A DNA stretch of 64,000 bases from an uncultured delta proteobacterium (GTDB taxonomy: Bacteria; Desulfobacterota; Desulfuromonadia; Geobacterales; DSM-12255). The notes below the pieces were generated by a model. The model was not told the origin of the DNA and searched no databases. It saw nothing but the letters and a program-made list of their open reading frames with translations. Positions 1 to 9,121 of the stretch are shown here, piece by piece. The position numbers and the translations under genes were made by a program. Positions within the stretch are counted from its first letter, which is position 1; each line of letters starts with the position of its first letter. The stretch spans positions 57,794-121,793 of the forward strand of contig CAWBBV010000014.1 in assembly GCA_963787125.1 (NCBI GenBank), given 5' to 3'.

Positions 1-328
1 GGTAGGTAAATTCAAGAAACAGATCCCAATAATAGTAGGTTGGGTGGGAATAATTACGGAGCACATAGCGGTAAGGGTTGGCGACGAGGCTGGAGAAAAA
101 GCTGCCGATACACACAGATACCCCGGCACTACTGCCGACGAACCAGGCGGCAAGGAATATGGGAATCAGGTAAAAAAGGGTAAACGAGTAGTTGCCGGTG
201 ACAGAATCAAGCACTCCCATTAGGGCGAGCAATCCAAGACTCCAGACAAAAAGTGATTTCCTTGACTGCTGGTCGAGAGAGTCAAAGAGCGAACCATGAA
301 TCCTGTTGAATTTCAGGAAAATGCTCAT
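1..328 (-). CDS. N-terminal part of a multi-TM membrane protein (runs off window), probably the sensor module of a diguanylate cyclase or kinase
   Basis: ATG at 328 with AGGAGG RBS; translates MSIFLKFNRIHGSLFDSLDQQSRKSLFVWSLGLLALMGVLDSVTGNYSFTLFYLIPIFLAAWFVG...; not in ORF track. Confidence 0.6.
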   Translation of the reverse strand, partial: MSIFLKFNRIHGSLFDSLDQQSRKSLFVWSLGLLALMGVLDSVTGNYSFTLFYLIPIFLAAWFVGSSAGVSVCIGSFFSSLVANPYRYVLRNYSHPTYYYWDLFLEFTY

Positions 329-439
329 TCAATCCTCCTGGAACAGGTCACATGGCGTTGGAACAGAGAAATCATTGCCACTCCATACTAAGCGGTTTAT
401 GTATGCCGTAGTGTTTTATTAAGCATTCCGGGCAAATTA

Positions 440-1309
440 TTACCTTTTACCGTTCTTCTTTTTTCTGTTCTTCCCAGCTGCGTCTACCTCAGCCTCGTGG
501 TACCTCGCCTTTACTTCAATGATATCCACTGTCGGCTCTGGAAACTTCATCTTCAGTGATTCCAGCATATCTACGACGATCTGAGACACAGCGAGATTGC
601 GGAACCACTTATGATTGGCCGGAATAATGAACCATGGCGCATGCTTGGTACTGCAGTTGCTCAGAGCATCCTCGAATGCCTTCGTGTATTCGTCCCAGTA
701 CTCCCGTTCCTTATAATCTGACTCACTGATTTTCCACTGTCGTGCGGGATCGTCTATCCGCTGTTTGAAGCGCCGAAGTTGCTCGTCTTTGCTGATGTGC
801 AGGTAAAATTTAAGGATATGGGTACCGTTGTCGACGAGACTCTTTTCAAAATCATTGATGATGTCGTAGCGCTTTGACCAAACCTTTTTGGGAACAATTT
901 TGTGCACACGGGAAACAAGCACATCCTCGTAATGGGAGCGGTTGAAAATCGCGACCTGACCACGGTGAGGCGCGGCCTGGTGAATGCGCCAGAGAAAATC
1001 GTGGGCTGCCTCCTCGGCTGAGGGGATCTTGAACCCGTACACCCTTGACCCTTGGGGATTCATGTTACCCAAGACATGATTGATGGTACCGTCTTTGCCA
1101 CCGGCATCCATGGCCTGTAAAATGATGAGCAGCGAGCGCTTGTTTTCGGCGTACAGAAGGTATTGCAGCTCTCGAAGCCGGTGTGTGTACTTTTCTATTT
1201 CAACCAGCGCGGATGCCTGATCTTCGTGTTTATCCTTGAACGCAGCATCGATCTTGTTCAGCTTGACGCTATTCCCCGGTTTTACCCTGAATTTTTCACT
1301 GTAGTTCAT
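440..1309 (-). CDS. ppk2: Polyphosphate kinase 2 family protein (class III-like)
   Basis: QAMDAGGKDGT Walker A, FNRSHYEDVL, KWFRN lid; AAGGAG RBS before ATG 1309. Confidence 0.92.
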   Translation of the reverse strand: MNYSEKFRVKPGNSVKLNKIDAAFKDKHEDQASALVEIEKYTHRLRELQYLLYAENKRSLLIILQAMDAGGKDGTINHVLGNMNPQGSRVYGFKIPSAEEAAHDFLWRIHQAAPHRGQVAIFNRSHYEDVLVSRVHKIVPKKVWSKRYDIINDFEKSLVDNGTHILKFYLHISKDEQLRRFKQRIDDPARQWKISESDYKEREYWDEYTKAFEDALSNCSTKHAPWFIIPANHKWFRNLAVSQIVVDMLESLKMKFPEPTVDIIEVKARYHEAEVDAAGKNRKKKNGKR

Positions 1310-1348
1310 AGTGATTCTCCTTCCGGCAGCTGCTTTAGACAACGATCA

Positions 1349-3064
1349 TTACGGATTCTCTGTACCAACTGAATTTCTTTGGCCATAGGCAGTTACAACG
1401 GCGACTGGCGTTTGATATAAAGCGTCCCTGCCCAACAGGTCTGTGAGACTGGATCGGTCGAGCTCATCACGCACTTTAGCGACAACGTCACACATCACGA
1501 GCTTTATTCCCTGATCGGCCAGGGTGCCATGGAGCGAGCGCAAGGCTTCGGCTGCTGTGAAGTCCACATCATTCACTGCTGCCGCATCAATACAGAACCA
1601 GGCCAATGGTGGGTTCGCACTGCTGGCGAGTTCGATGATCTCGGCATTAAGGACCTGACTGTTGGCATAATACATATTGTGCATAAAGCGGTAGATCATG
1701 AGGCCGGGCATGAACTGTACCCCGGTACTTACCGGTTGCTGCCGCCAGCCTGATGTTTTATCGGGAGAAAGCAGCATGTTGTTTACGAGATAACCATGCC
1801 GCGTATGGACAACGAGTGAGAGAACGATTGCCAGGAGAATACTCTGCTCGACCCCAACAAAGACAACCGTCGCGGCAGTAATCAGCGCCACCCAGAATTC
1901 CCACGGACGCTCGGCGTAAATCTTCTTCATCCCTCTGATGTCGACCAGTTCCATGCCGATCAGGAAGACTACCGCCGAAAGGACCGCCATAGGCAGGTAA
2001 GCTAACGGACCGGTGAGAAAGAGTAGTACCATTAGAACGATGAAACTTGTTGTAAGCTGCGCGAGTTGGCTATGCCCTCCGGCGCTTTCGACCATCTGGG
2101 TTTTGGTCGGACTGCCATTCACGACAAAGGCTCCGGACAGTCCGGCACCGATATTGGCCAGACACAAACCCACCAAGTCCGTATTCTCGTCAAAACGCTC
2201 GTTGTAGCGAGCGGCATATGCTCGTGAGGTGGCAGCGCTCTGGGCAAGAATCACGACGAACATGGCAAAGGCGGTAGGAACCAGCTTGTGAATAAGGTCC
2301 ATGTCAATAGTAAGATTAGGCAAACCAATCCTTGGCAGACCGCTTGGGACTAGCCCAAGAACATGAACCCCGTAACTTTCCAGATTGAACGCCCAACTGG
2401 CGATGATGGAACCAATCACAGCTATCAAAGCGCCTGGAATCTTCTTCGCTAACCTGCGTGAACCTGTGATAACGACCAGGACAAAAACTGCCACCAGGAG
2501 AGAGGTAACATTTGCATGATCGATCTCTTGAAGGGTGATGATGAGTTTGTGGATAGTCCCCTGCCCCTCAACGGGCAGGTCGAGCATCCCTGATATCTCT
2601 CCGGCGGCTACCTGAATACCTACCCCGGAGAGGAAACCTATAAGCACGGTGCGTGACAGGAAATCCGACAGAAACCCGAGCCGGGTGATGCGTGTCAGCA
2701 ACAGGAATCCGGCGGCCATGAGTGCAAGTAGTCCAGCAAGGGCAAGCCACTCGGCCGATCTGGGTGCAGCCATGCTGGCAACACTGGAGGCTAGAATGGC
2801 GGCCGTGGCGGAGTCCGCGCCGACAACAAGGTGACGAGACGACCCGAAGATTGCATACAGGGTCATCGGGATGAGGATAGTGTAGAGCCCGGTAATCACC
2901 GGCGTACCGGAAATTTTCGTGTAGCCCATCACTTCGGGGATAGCCAAGGCAGCCAGCGTGATGCCAGCGATGAAATCAGCCGATACCAGGGAGCCATCGA
3001 AGGGACGGAACCCCTGCAACATCTTGAACCGGGAACCTTTTTGCTTAGAATCCGGATTTTTCAT
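1349..3064 (-). CDS. SulP family anion transporter with C-terminal STAS domain
   Basis: AGITLAALAIPEVMGY, FGSSRHLVVG, many TM segments, STAS-like YYAN/DVDFTA; start chosen at MKNPDS. Confidence 0.9.
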   Translation of the reverse strand: MKNPDSKQKGSRFKMLQGFRPFDGSLVSADFIAGITLAALAIPEVMGYTKISGTPVITGLYTILIPMTLYAIFGSSRHLVVGADSATAAILASSVASMAAPRSAEWLALAGLLALMAAGFLLLTRITRLGFLSDFLSRTVLIGFLSGVGIQVAAGEISGMLDLPVEGQGTIHKLIITLQEIDHANVTSLLVAVFVLVVITGSRRLAKKIPGALIAVIGSIIASWAFNLESYGVHVLGLVPSGLPRIGLPNLTIDMDLIHKLVPTAFAMFVVILAQSAATSRAYAARYNERFDENTDLVGLCLANIGAGLSGAFVVNGSPTKTQMVESAGGHSQLAQLTTSFIVLMVLLFLTGPLAYLPMAVLSAVVFLIGMELVDIRGMKKIYAERPWEFWVALITAATVVFVGVEQSILLAIVLSLVVHTRHGYLVNNMLLSPDKTSGWRQQPVSTGVQFMPGLMIYRFMHNMYYANSQVLNAEIIELASSANPPLAWFCIDAAAVNDVDFTAAEALRSLHGTLADQGIKLVMCDVVAKVRDELDRSSLTDLLGRDALYQTPVAVVTAYGQRNSVGTENP

Positions 3065-3135
3065 AACCACCTGATCTTTGTTTTTCAAACATCTCAATGT
3101 TATTGGGTAACATTAAAACTGGTAATGTGGTCATT

Positions 3136-3462
3136 TCATAATCCTTCAATCAGCTTATAATACTCCTTAAATGAACGAATTGATTCCATCGTGGTTTGGA
3201 ACAGAATCCAACTGAGAACAAGGATTCCTGCAGTGAGTCCAATTTTCCAGATAAGTTTCGTCTGTGGCCGCCACCAAATCAGAGGCAGGGCCAGAGGCCC
3301 CACGGTGCAGACAGCAAAAACAATAAAGGACGTTCGGGAATACCATTGGATTTTTGGTTCAGCAAACCGTGAACTGAGAGAGTTATTCAGAAACTCACCG
3401 CAATGCTTACACTTGATTGCGTCATCTTGAATATCTTCAGCACAGAAAGGACACTTTTTCAT
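3136..3462 (-). CDS. Zinc-ribbon membrane protein
   Basis: KKCPFCAEDIQDDAIKCKHCGE plus two TM helices; GAGGT RBS. Confidence 0.8.
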   Translation of the reverse strand: MKKCPFCAEDIQDDAIKCKHCGEFLNNSLSSRFAEPKIQWYSRTSFIVFAVCTVGPLALPLIWWRPQTKLIWKIGLTAGILVLSWILFQTTMESIRSFKEYYKLIEGL

Positions 3463-3810
3463 TTTACCTCTTTTGCCTGAATGTAAAAATACATAGGCAT
3501 TATCCTTCCGCACTAACTCGCTTGCATATCCAGCCTTTCAAAATCTGACTGTCATCATGTCGCTGCGCGAATCATGCGATTCGCGTATTAAGAATACAAC
3601 ACAAATGGTTTGATTCAATCGTCGCTATGCTCAAAAAACCATAACTATTATTAAATGCACAAAACTTCTTCACTGGTGAGTTAGATTCATAACTAAATTT
3701 GCTCGAAATGATGCACTGAATTGTAAAGAACCAGATCCTTGGTATTATCAATTAGCAGATTCTATTTTGCGCGAGAAATAATGCACGTACATAAACGTCA
3801 AGGAGGATTT

Positions 3811-4317
3811 ATGAAGAAATTGGTTCTAGTTGGTTCTACTTTAATTGGAGCATTACTATTAGTCGCAGGTTCTCTTGTTGCGGCAGACCGGCCAATAGCA
3901 CCGAACGGGATCGCCATCTATCCCGACTACATGTCCTGGAAGGTCGTAGCCCCCTCCTACCGGGAAGACAAGGGCCACATCCGCATCATCACGGGTAACG
4001 AAATCGCCGTAGCTGCATTGCGAGCCGGCAAAAATCCATTACCTGATGGAAGCGTACTGGCCAAGGTAGCATGGAAAACCGAAAAGCATCCCGCTTTTCC
4101 GGTTGCCACTGAACCCGGTGCATTTGTACAGGTAGAGTTTATGGTGAAGGATGCAAAGAAGTACAAAGATACTGGCGGCTGGGGCTTTGCCCGCTTTGTA
4201 GGAAATGATCTGAAACCGTATGGTAAGGATGCTGGTTTTGTCAGCGAGTGTTTCGGTTGCCATGTCCCGGTTGCTAAAAATGATTACCTTTTTACTAAAA
4301 TTGTTAAAACACCTTGA
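3811..4317 (+). CDS. Cytochrome P460 family protein
   Basis: Signal peptide; PDYMSW, PDGSVLAK, EFMVKD, GGWGFARF, C-terminal CFGCH heme motif; AGGAGG RBS. Confidence 0.88.
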   Translation: MKKLVLVGSTLIGALLLVAGSLVAADRPIAPNGIAIYPDYMSWKVVAPSYREDKGHIRIITGNEIAVAALRAGKNPLPDGSVLAKVAWKTEKHPAFPVATEPGAFVQVEFMVKDAKKYKDTGGWGFARFVGNDLKPYGKDAGFVSECFGCHVPVAKNDYLFTKIVKTP

Positions 4318-4395
4318 GTGTTCACATTTAAAACAGGTTCCTTCTTCCGGAACTGGATACCAATTATGTCCTGGTAACATGAAAGGAGATAACTC

Positions 4396-5586
4396 ATGGA
4401 GTTTAAAGGTGTCAGCCGCAGGAATTTTATCAAATCGATCGGGGTTACTACAGCATTAGCAGCAACAGGAACTATTCCACCAGTACTATATGCAAGTGAA
4501 AGAAGGCTTGTCACCTTTCCTGAAAAGACTGAATTACTACTCCTTACCTCAAGCCCTCCGCAACTGGAGACCCCGCTGAAATATTTCAGGGAGCTGATAA
4601 CTCCGAATGAAGCCCTGTTCGTCCGCTGGCATCTTTCAAATATCCCCACATCAGTGGATCTGGAGACTTGGCGTCTGGTTGTTCATGGCAATGTTGACAA
4701 ACCAATCTCTCTATCGTTCGATGACCTCAAAAAGTTTGAAAAAATAAGCTACACCGCAGTCATTCAGTGCGCCGGCAATGGAAGGAGTTTCTTTGAGCCA
4801 CCTCTTTTTGGTGGACAATGGCTAAACGGTGCCATGGGCAATGTGACCTGGGGCGGAGTTCGCCTCAAGGATGTATTGAAAAGTGCCGGCATCAAGACCG
4901 GATCAATGGAAGTTGTCTTCGAAGGATTGGACAAAGCGGCCCTGCCCACGACACCTGGTTTTTTGAAGAGCCTGCAACTGGATAAGGCGCTTGAAGACGA
5001 TATTATGATCGCCTATGAGATGAATGGACAGGAATTGCCCATGTTAAACGGATTCCCAGTGCGCCTGGTTGTTCCTGGATGGTATGCTACCTATTGGGTA
5101 AAATCGCTTACAGATATTGAAGTCACCGTCAAACCCTCCGATAGCTTCTGGATGAAGACCGCCTACAGGATTCCTGATGATCCGTGCGGATGTGTCGAAC
5201 CAGGCACAGCCCCTAAAAAGACCATCCCGATCAATCGCATGACTACCCGGTCACTACTGATCAATCCGGAAGATGGCAGTCGACTCAAGTCCGGACAACC
5301 AATGGAGCTCATGGGTGTTGCCTTCTCGGGCGGTTACAACATCAAGGAGGTTCTTGTATCGATAGACGGCGGCATAAACTGGAGTCCTGCCCGGCTCGGA
5401 AAAGATATTGGGCGATACTCTTGGATTCAGTGGTTCTATCCCTGGCAGCCTTCCAAGCCGGGGACCTATCAGATCATGGTCAGGGCAACCAATAGCATCG
5501 GAGAATCTCAACCGCTGGATGGGCTTTGGAATCCTTCAGGTTACCTCCTTAACAAAATTGAGAAACATAACCTGATAGTTACTTAG
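4396..5586 (+). CDS. sorA: Tat-exported molybdopterin oxidoreductase, sulfite oxidase family (SorA-like)
   Basis: SRRNFIK Tat motif, FVRWH, QCAGNGR Moco Cys, LVVPGWYATYWVK, WNPSGY. Confidence 0.85.
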   Translation: MEFKGVSRRNFIKSIGVTTALAATGTIPPVLYASERRLVTFPEKTELLLLTSSPPQLETPLKYFRELITPNEALFVRWHLSNIPTSVDLETWRLVVHGNVDKPISLSFDDLKKFEKISYTAVIQCAGNGRSFFEPPLFGGQWLNGAMGNVTWGGVRLKDVLKSAGIKTGSMEVVFEGLDKAALPTTPGFLKSLQLDKALEDDIMIAYEMNGQELPMLNGFPVRLVVPGWYATYWVKSLTDIEVTVKPSDSFWMKTAYRIPDDPCGCVEPGTAPKKTIPINRMTTRSLLINPEDGSRLKSGQPMELMGVAFSGGYNIKEVLVSIDGGINWSPARLGKDIGRYSWIQWFYPWQPSKPGTYQIMVRATNSIGESQPLDGLWNPSGYLLNKIEKHNLIVT

Positions 5587-7256
5587 TGTCCATCCGGAAA
5601 CCCCAGTTTAAGACGTACTGGACCTCCGGTCGCTGTTGGCAGTCTCTGCTTCGGAAGATTTTGACTACCACGTAACCAGTTTTATCTGCTCTTTCTCAAT
5701 TTAATGACGCACTACACCCGTCGAGATGCTTTTCGCTGCTGCTTTTGCCTTTTTAAGCCGCTTCCAGCTTGATCCGGGCTATGACCTGAAGGTTGTAGGC
5801 AAAGATCGAACTCCAGACATAACGTCTGAATCCTTCCCAACCTTTCCAGGTGCAGCGGTCAAGCCCGAAAGCTCTCTTGAGTGTGGAGATGTTGGCTTCG
5901 ATACCGGCACGGAAGTTCCGCAACTTCTTGTACACCCAGGAACTCTTGGCCATGTCGATTACCGATAACCCGCGCTTCTTGGCAAAAACAGCGTCTTTTA
6001 CGCCAAGGCCTTTTGCTTCCGTCAGGTTATCCTTCGATGCAAAGCCACCATCAGCACTTACCTGGCGCGGCACCCTGCGGAAGACCCCTTTGTACCGCTC
6101 CAGCATAGGGATGTATTGATCCGAGTCAGCCGGGTTGCCTTTGGCAATCAGGCAGTCAAGGATCAGGTTGGACTTGCCGCCGGTCAGAAATATCTTGTGG
6201 CCGAAGTGGGTCTCACGCCTCTTCTTGACGATGATGTCGGTGTGGTCCTCAAAGAAGGATGTCACTTTATCTGATGCCGGCACCTTCTCGTTATGGAATA
6301 CCCGTCGTTCGGTCTGACTGATAACCTTTTCCAGTAGACCCACTGCCCGTTTCAGCTGTGCGGCAAGATTCATTGCTGCAAGCATGTCACCAAGACCGTT
6401 TGCCTGGTACGCCTGCAGAGCCGGAATCGCTTTATTGGCATAGCCGACAACCTTGCCCGCGTAGTGCGTCATGTCACGATAGGCCGAGACTCTATCCTCT
6501 TGTTTCTTGGCGTTGAGAATCACCATAAGCCGTTTCTTGACAACACGGCAATGGTCGCAATAGCTGTAGTCAGGACGGGGAGTAAGGGCATGACCCTCCT
6601 CAAGCCAACGGGTGATGACCCTGATCCCATCCCAGAGCAAGGTGGAATCAGAGGGATCATGAATGTTACTTTCGACAACGGTCGAGTCAATCCTGACTTT
6701 ACGACCGGTTTCTATGCCGGCTTCCATGGCATACTGCATGAGGCAGATATGAACTGCCTCCCAGGTCTCTTCGGAAAGCGGCTTGATGTTTTCCTGAAGA
6801 GTCGATGACGACGGATACTGTCCCATCTCCAGTCGGGCAAAGGCACGAAAGGATTTGGAATCTTCAAGATGAAACGCGAGCTCTTCATAAGAGAGGCTGC
6901 GAAACTGTTTCAGGACAACGCAGCGCAGCACCTGTTCTGCGGTCAGTCCCTCCCGGCCGGTATCCTGACGAGACTCTCTTGTCAGGTCGGAGAACACCAG
7001 ATCAAGCATCTGGGGAGTGGCGTCGAGAATAGAAGAAATTGCTGCCAACTCTTTACCAATATCGTGACGCATGGTGACAGAGAAAAGGCTCATCTGTCGT
7101 GTCAGTTTTTGTCGCATCCGGAGTACCCCTGAAACCATAATGTGCAATGTTTACAGCTTGTTATGGTTTGCAGGATAGCATAAAACGAGATAAAACTGAA
7201 CCACTTTATGCAAAATATCTTAACAATTTCATCCGGTTATCTTTCCGGATGGAAAC
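5586..7256 (-). mobile_element. 1671-bp insertion sequence (ISNCY/ISDol1-like), copy 1
   Basis: Terminal IRs GTGTCCATCCGGAAA / TTTCCGGATGGAAAC; 6-bp target duplication TACTTA at 5580-5585 and 7257-7262; same sequence inverted at 56119-57789. Confidence 0.93.
5753..7117 (-). CDS. DDE transposase
   Basis: VRIDSTVVE, SADGGF, FRAGIEANIS; translation identical to the copy at 56258-57622. Confidence 0.93.
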   Translation of the reverse strand: MRQKLTRQMSLFSVTMRHDIGKELAAISSILDATPQMLDLVFSDLTRESRQDTGREGLTAEQVLRCVVLKQFRSLSYEELAFHLEDSKSFRAFARLEMGQYPSSSTLQENIKPLSEETWEAVHICLMQYAMEAGIETGRKVRIDSTVVESNIHDPSDSTLLWDGIRVITRWLEEGHALTPRPDYSYCDHCRVVKKRLMVILNAKKQEDRVSAYRDMTHYAGKVVGYANKAIPALQAYQANGLGDMLAAMNLAAQLKRAVGLLEKVISQTERRVFHNEKVPASDKVTSFFEDHTDIIVKKRRETHFGHKIFLTGGKSNLILDCLIAKGNPADSDQYIPMLERYKGVFRRVPRQVSADGGFASKDNLTEAKGLGVKDAVFAKKRGLSVIDMAKSSWVYKKLRNFRAGIEANISTLKRAFGLDRCTWKGWEGFRRYVWSSIFAYNLQVIARIKLEAA

Positions 7257-7273
7257 TACTTAGGAGGAAGATC

Positions 7274-7612
7274 ATGAAAACCACTATCCTGCTATGTATC
7301 GGTGCATCGCTTGTTTACACTTCAGTTGCTATGGCTGGCGATACAGGCTTTGTCAAAGATGGTTCCAAACGAAGCATCACATTACCTGCCCCTGCTTTTT
7401 CACTAAAAGAAGTCCCCGGCATGGATACCACCAGCAGATACTGCAGAATATGCCATAGTCTCGACTACATCACCACGCAACAGAAATTTACAAAGGTAAA
7501 ATGGCAAGCTGAAGTAACCAAGATGATAAAAACTTATGGTGCTCCAATCTCTGAGGAGAATGCCAAAATTATCGCTGATTATATTGCCACTAACTACGGC
7601 ACAGGGGGATAA
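7274..7612 (+). CDS. sorB: Monoheme cytochrome c, SorB-like subunit
   Basis: Signal peptide, CRICHSLDYITTQ, W..EV.KMI..YGAPI; AGGAGG RBS. Confidence 0.82.
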   Translation: MKTTILLCIGASLVYTSVAMAGDTGFVKDGSKRSITLPAPAFSLKEVPGMDTTSRYCRICHSLDYITTQQKFTKVKWQAEVTKMIKTYGAPISEENAKIIADYIATNYGTGG

Positions 7613-7613
7613 C

Positions 7614-7955
7614 ATGAATGCCGAAACAAGACTGATGACGTACCTGCTTATAGCTGCATCAGTCCTTATTGCAGTATTGGCTGCCGGCAATACAGCAGAG
7701 GCTGTTAACTTTCAAGAAGGTGAAGCTGAGTTCAATGAGTTCTGTTCAGCCTGTCATGCTGATGGCGGAAACATCATCAATCCAAAAAAGACCCTTTCAA
7801 AAGAGGATCGAGAAAAGAATGGGATTAAGGCCGATAAGGATATCATAACCATCATGAGGAACCCCGGCGAGGGCATGATTAAATTTGATGAGCAAACTTT
7901 ACCGGGGAAAGAAGCTCAGAAGATCGCAGATTACATAATCAAAACAATCAAGTAA
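7614..7955 (+). CDS. Class I (c6-like) monoheme cytochrome c
   Basis: Signal peptide, CSACHADGGN..NPKKTL, distal Met in NPGEGMIKF. Confidence 0.85.
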   Translation: MNAETRLMTYLLIAASVLIAVLAAGNTAEAVNFQEGEAEFNEFCSACHADGGNIINPKKTLSKEDREKNGIKADKDIITIMRNPGEGMIKFDEQTLPGKEAQKIADYIIKTIK

Positions 7956-8150
7956 GGGTATATATAACCGGACATTGGTCACGGTCTTGCTCGATCTTAT
8001 AGTTAGAGTATTCTAAAAATAGTTTTTATAACATGTTCAAGTAAATCCCTCAAACGCTCACACAAGTCACCATTTGAATCCGTTTACTACCAGATGTGAA
8101 GCAATTTTAGACTCTGATTTACATTAATACAACTGAGGTGAAAGTTCATC

Positions 8151-8534
8151 ATGCCACAGTGGCTTATGTTCACGATAATCGGAATATTGGGGGGAGTAAC
8201 ATCCGGCCTATTTGGAATTGGCGGCGGAATAGTCATTGTTCCGGCCCTCGTATATTGGGCCGGGTTCTCACAACATAAAGCAACTGGAACCAGTCTGGCC
8301 GTCTTGCTACCGCCAATAGGTCTTGCTGCAACCCTTGAGTATTATCGTAACGGAAACGTGGACATCAGAGCTGCCATGATTATCGCTGTGGCTATGCTCA
8401 CAAGTGCCTGGGGTGGTGCTTTCATAGCAAACCAGATTAGAGGTCCACATTTACGTCTTGTTTTCGGGGTTTTCGTCTCTAGTGTCGGCGTGTACCTTAT
8501 TTACGGTGCGTGCAAACGCCTCGGCTGGTTATGA
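8151..8534 (+). CDS. TauE/SafE family sulfite exporter (short form)
   Basis: SGLFGIGGGIVIVPAL, KATGTSLA. Confidence 0.85.
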   Translation: MPQWLMFTIIGILGGVTSGLFGIGGGIVIVPALVYWAGFSQHKATGTSLAVLLPPIGLAATLEYYRNGNVDIRAAMIIAVAMLTSAWGGAFIANQIRGPHLRLVFGVFVSSVGVYLIYGACKRLGWL

Positions 8535-8594
8535 ATACTGGTATGAGTCAATTTCATACGACAAGTCGCTATCGTTAAAGTCAAGGAGGATAAT

Positions 8595-8993
8595 ATGATT
8601 GTTACTACACCGTATGCATTCGGGAAGCTATTTGATGTTCCTTTCAGTGAAATTGAACAGAAAACTCGGCAAGAACTTGCCAAGGAAGGTTTCGGGATTC
8701 TGAGCGAGATAAATGTAACGGACAAATTCAAGGAAAAGCTCGGCAGAGATTTTCGTGAGTATGTCATTCTGGGCGCCTGTAATCCGGCATTGGCGTGGGA
8801 AGCTTTTGCCAGGGAGATAAACATCGGCACGCTACTTCCTTGCAATGTGGCTGTCTATCGAGATGATGACGGCAAAACGGTGGTCATGATCATGGATGCT
8901 GTTGCCGCCCTTGGTGTAATCGGCAATACCGAACTCACTGCCGTTGCCACACAGGTTCGGATCAGGATGGAACGTGTTCTGGCTGCACTTTAA
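8595..8993 (+). CDS. DUF302 domain protein
   Basis: EGFGILSEI, ILGACNP, LLPCNVAV. Confidence 0.88.
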   Translation: MIVTTPYAFGKLFDVPFSEIEQKTRQELAKEGFGILSEINVTDKFKEKLGRDFREYVILGACNPALAWEAFAREINIGTLLPCNVAVYRDDDGKTVVMIMDAVAALGVIGNTELTAVATQVRIRMERVLAAL

Positions 8994-9121
8994 CAGTGAA
9001 GTAACCTTGGAACACAAATAATACTAGTACTAATTTGTATCATAATAAAGTGTACCATTTTTACATAATACAGCGTAAAATACCAATCCGTATGATACTT
9101 TAATGGATCATGGGTGGATTT

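Noticed and set aside
5726..7132. Plus-strand ORFs inside the IS and other short antisense ORFs in the track
   Set aside because: Shadows of confident genes, without RBS or motifs
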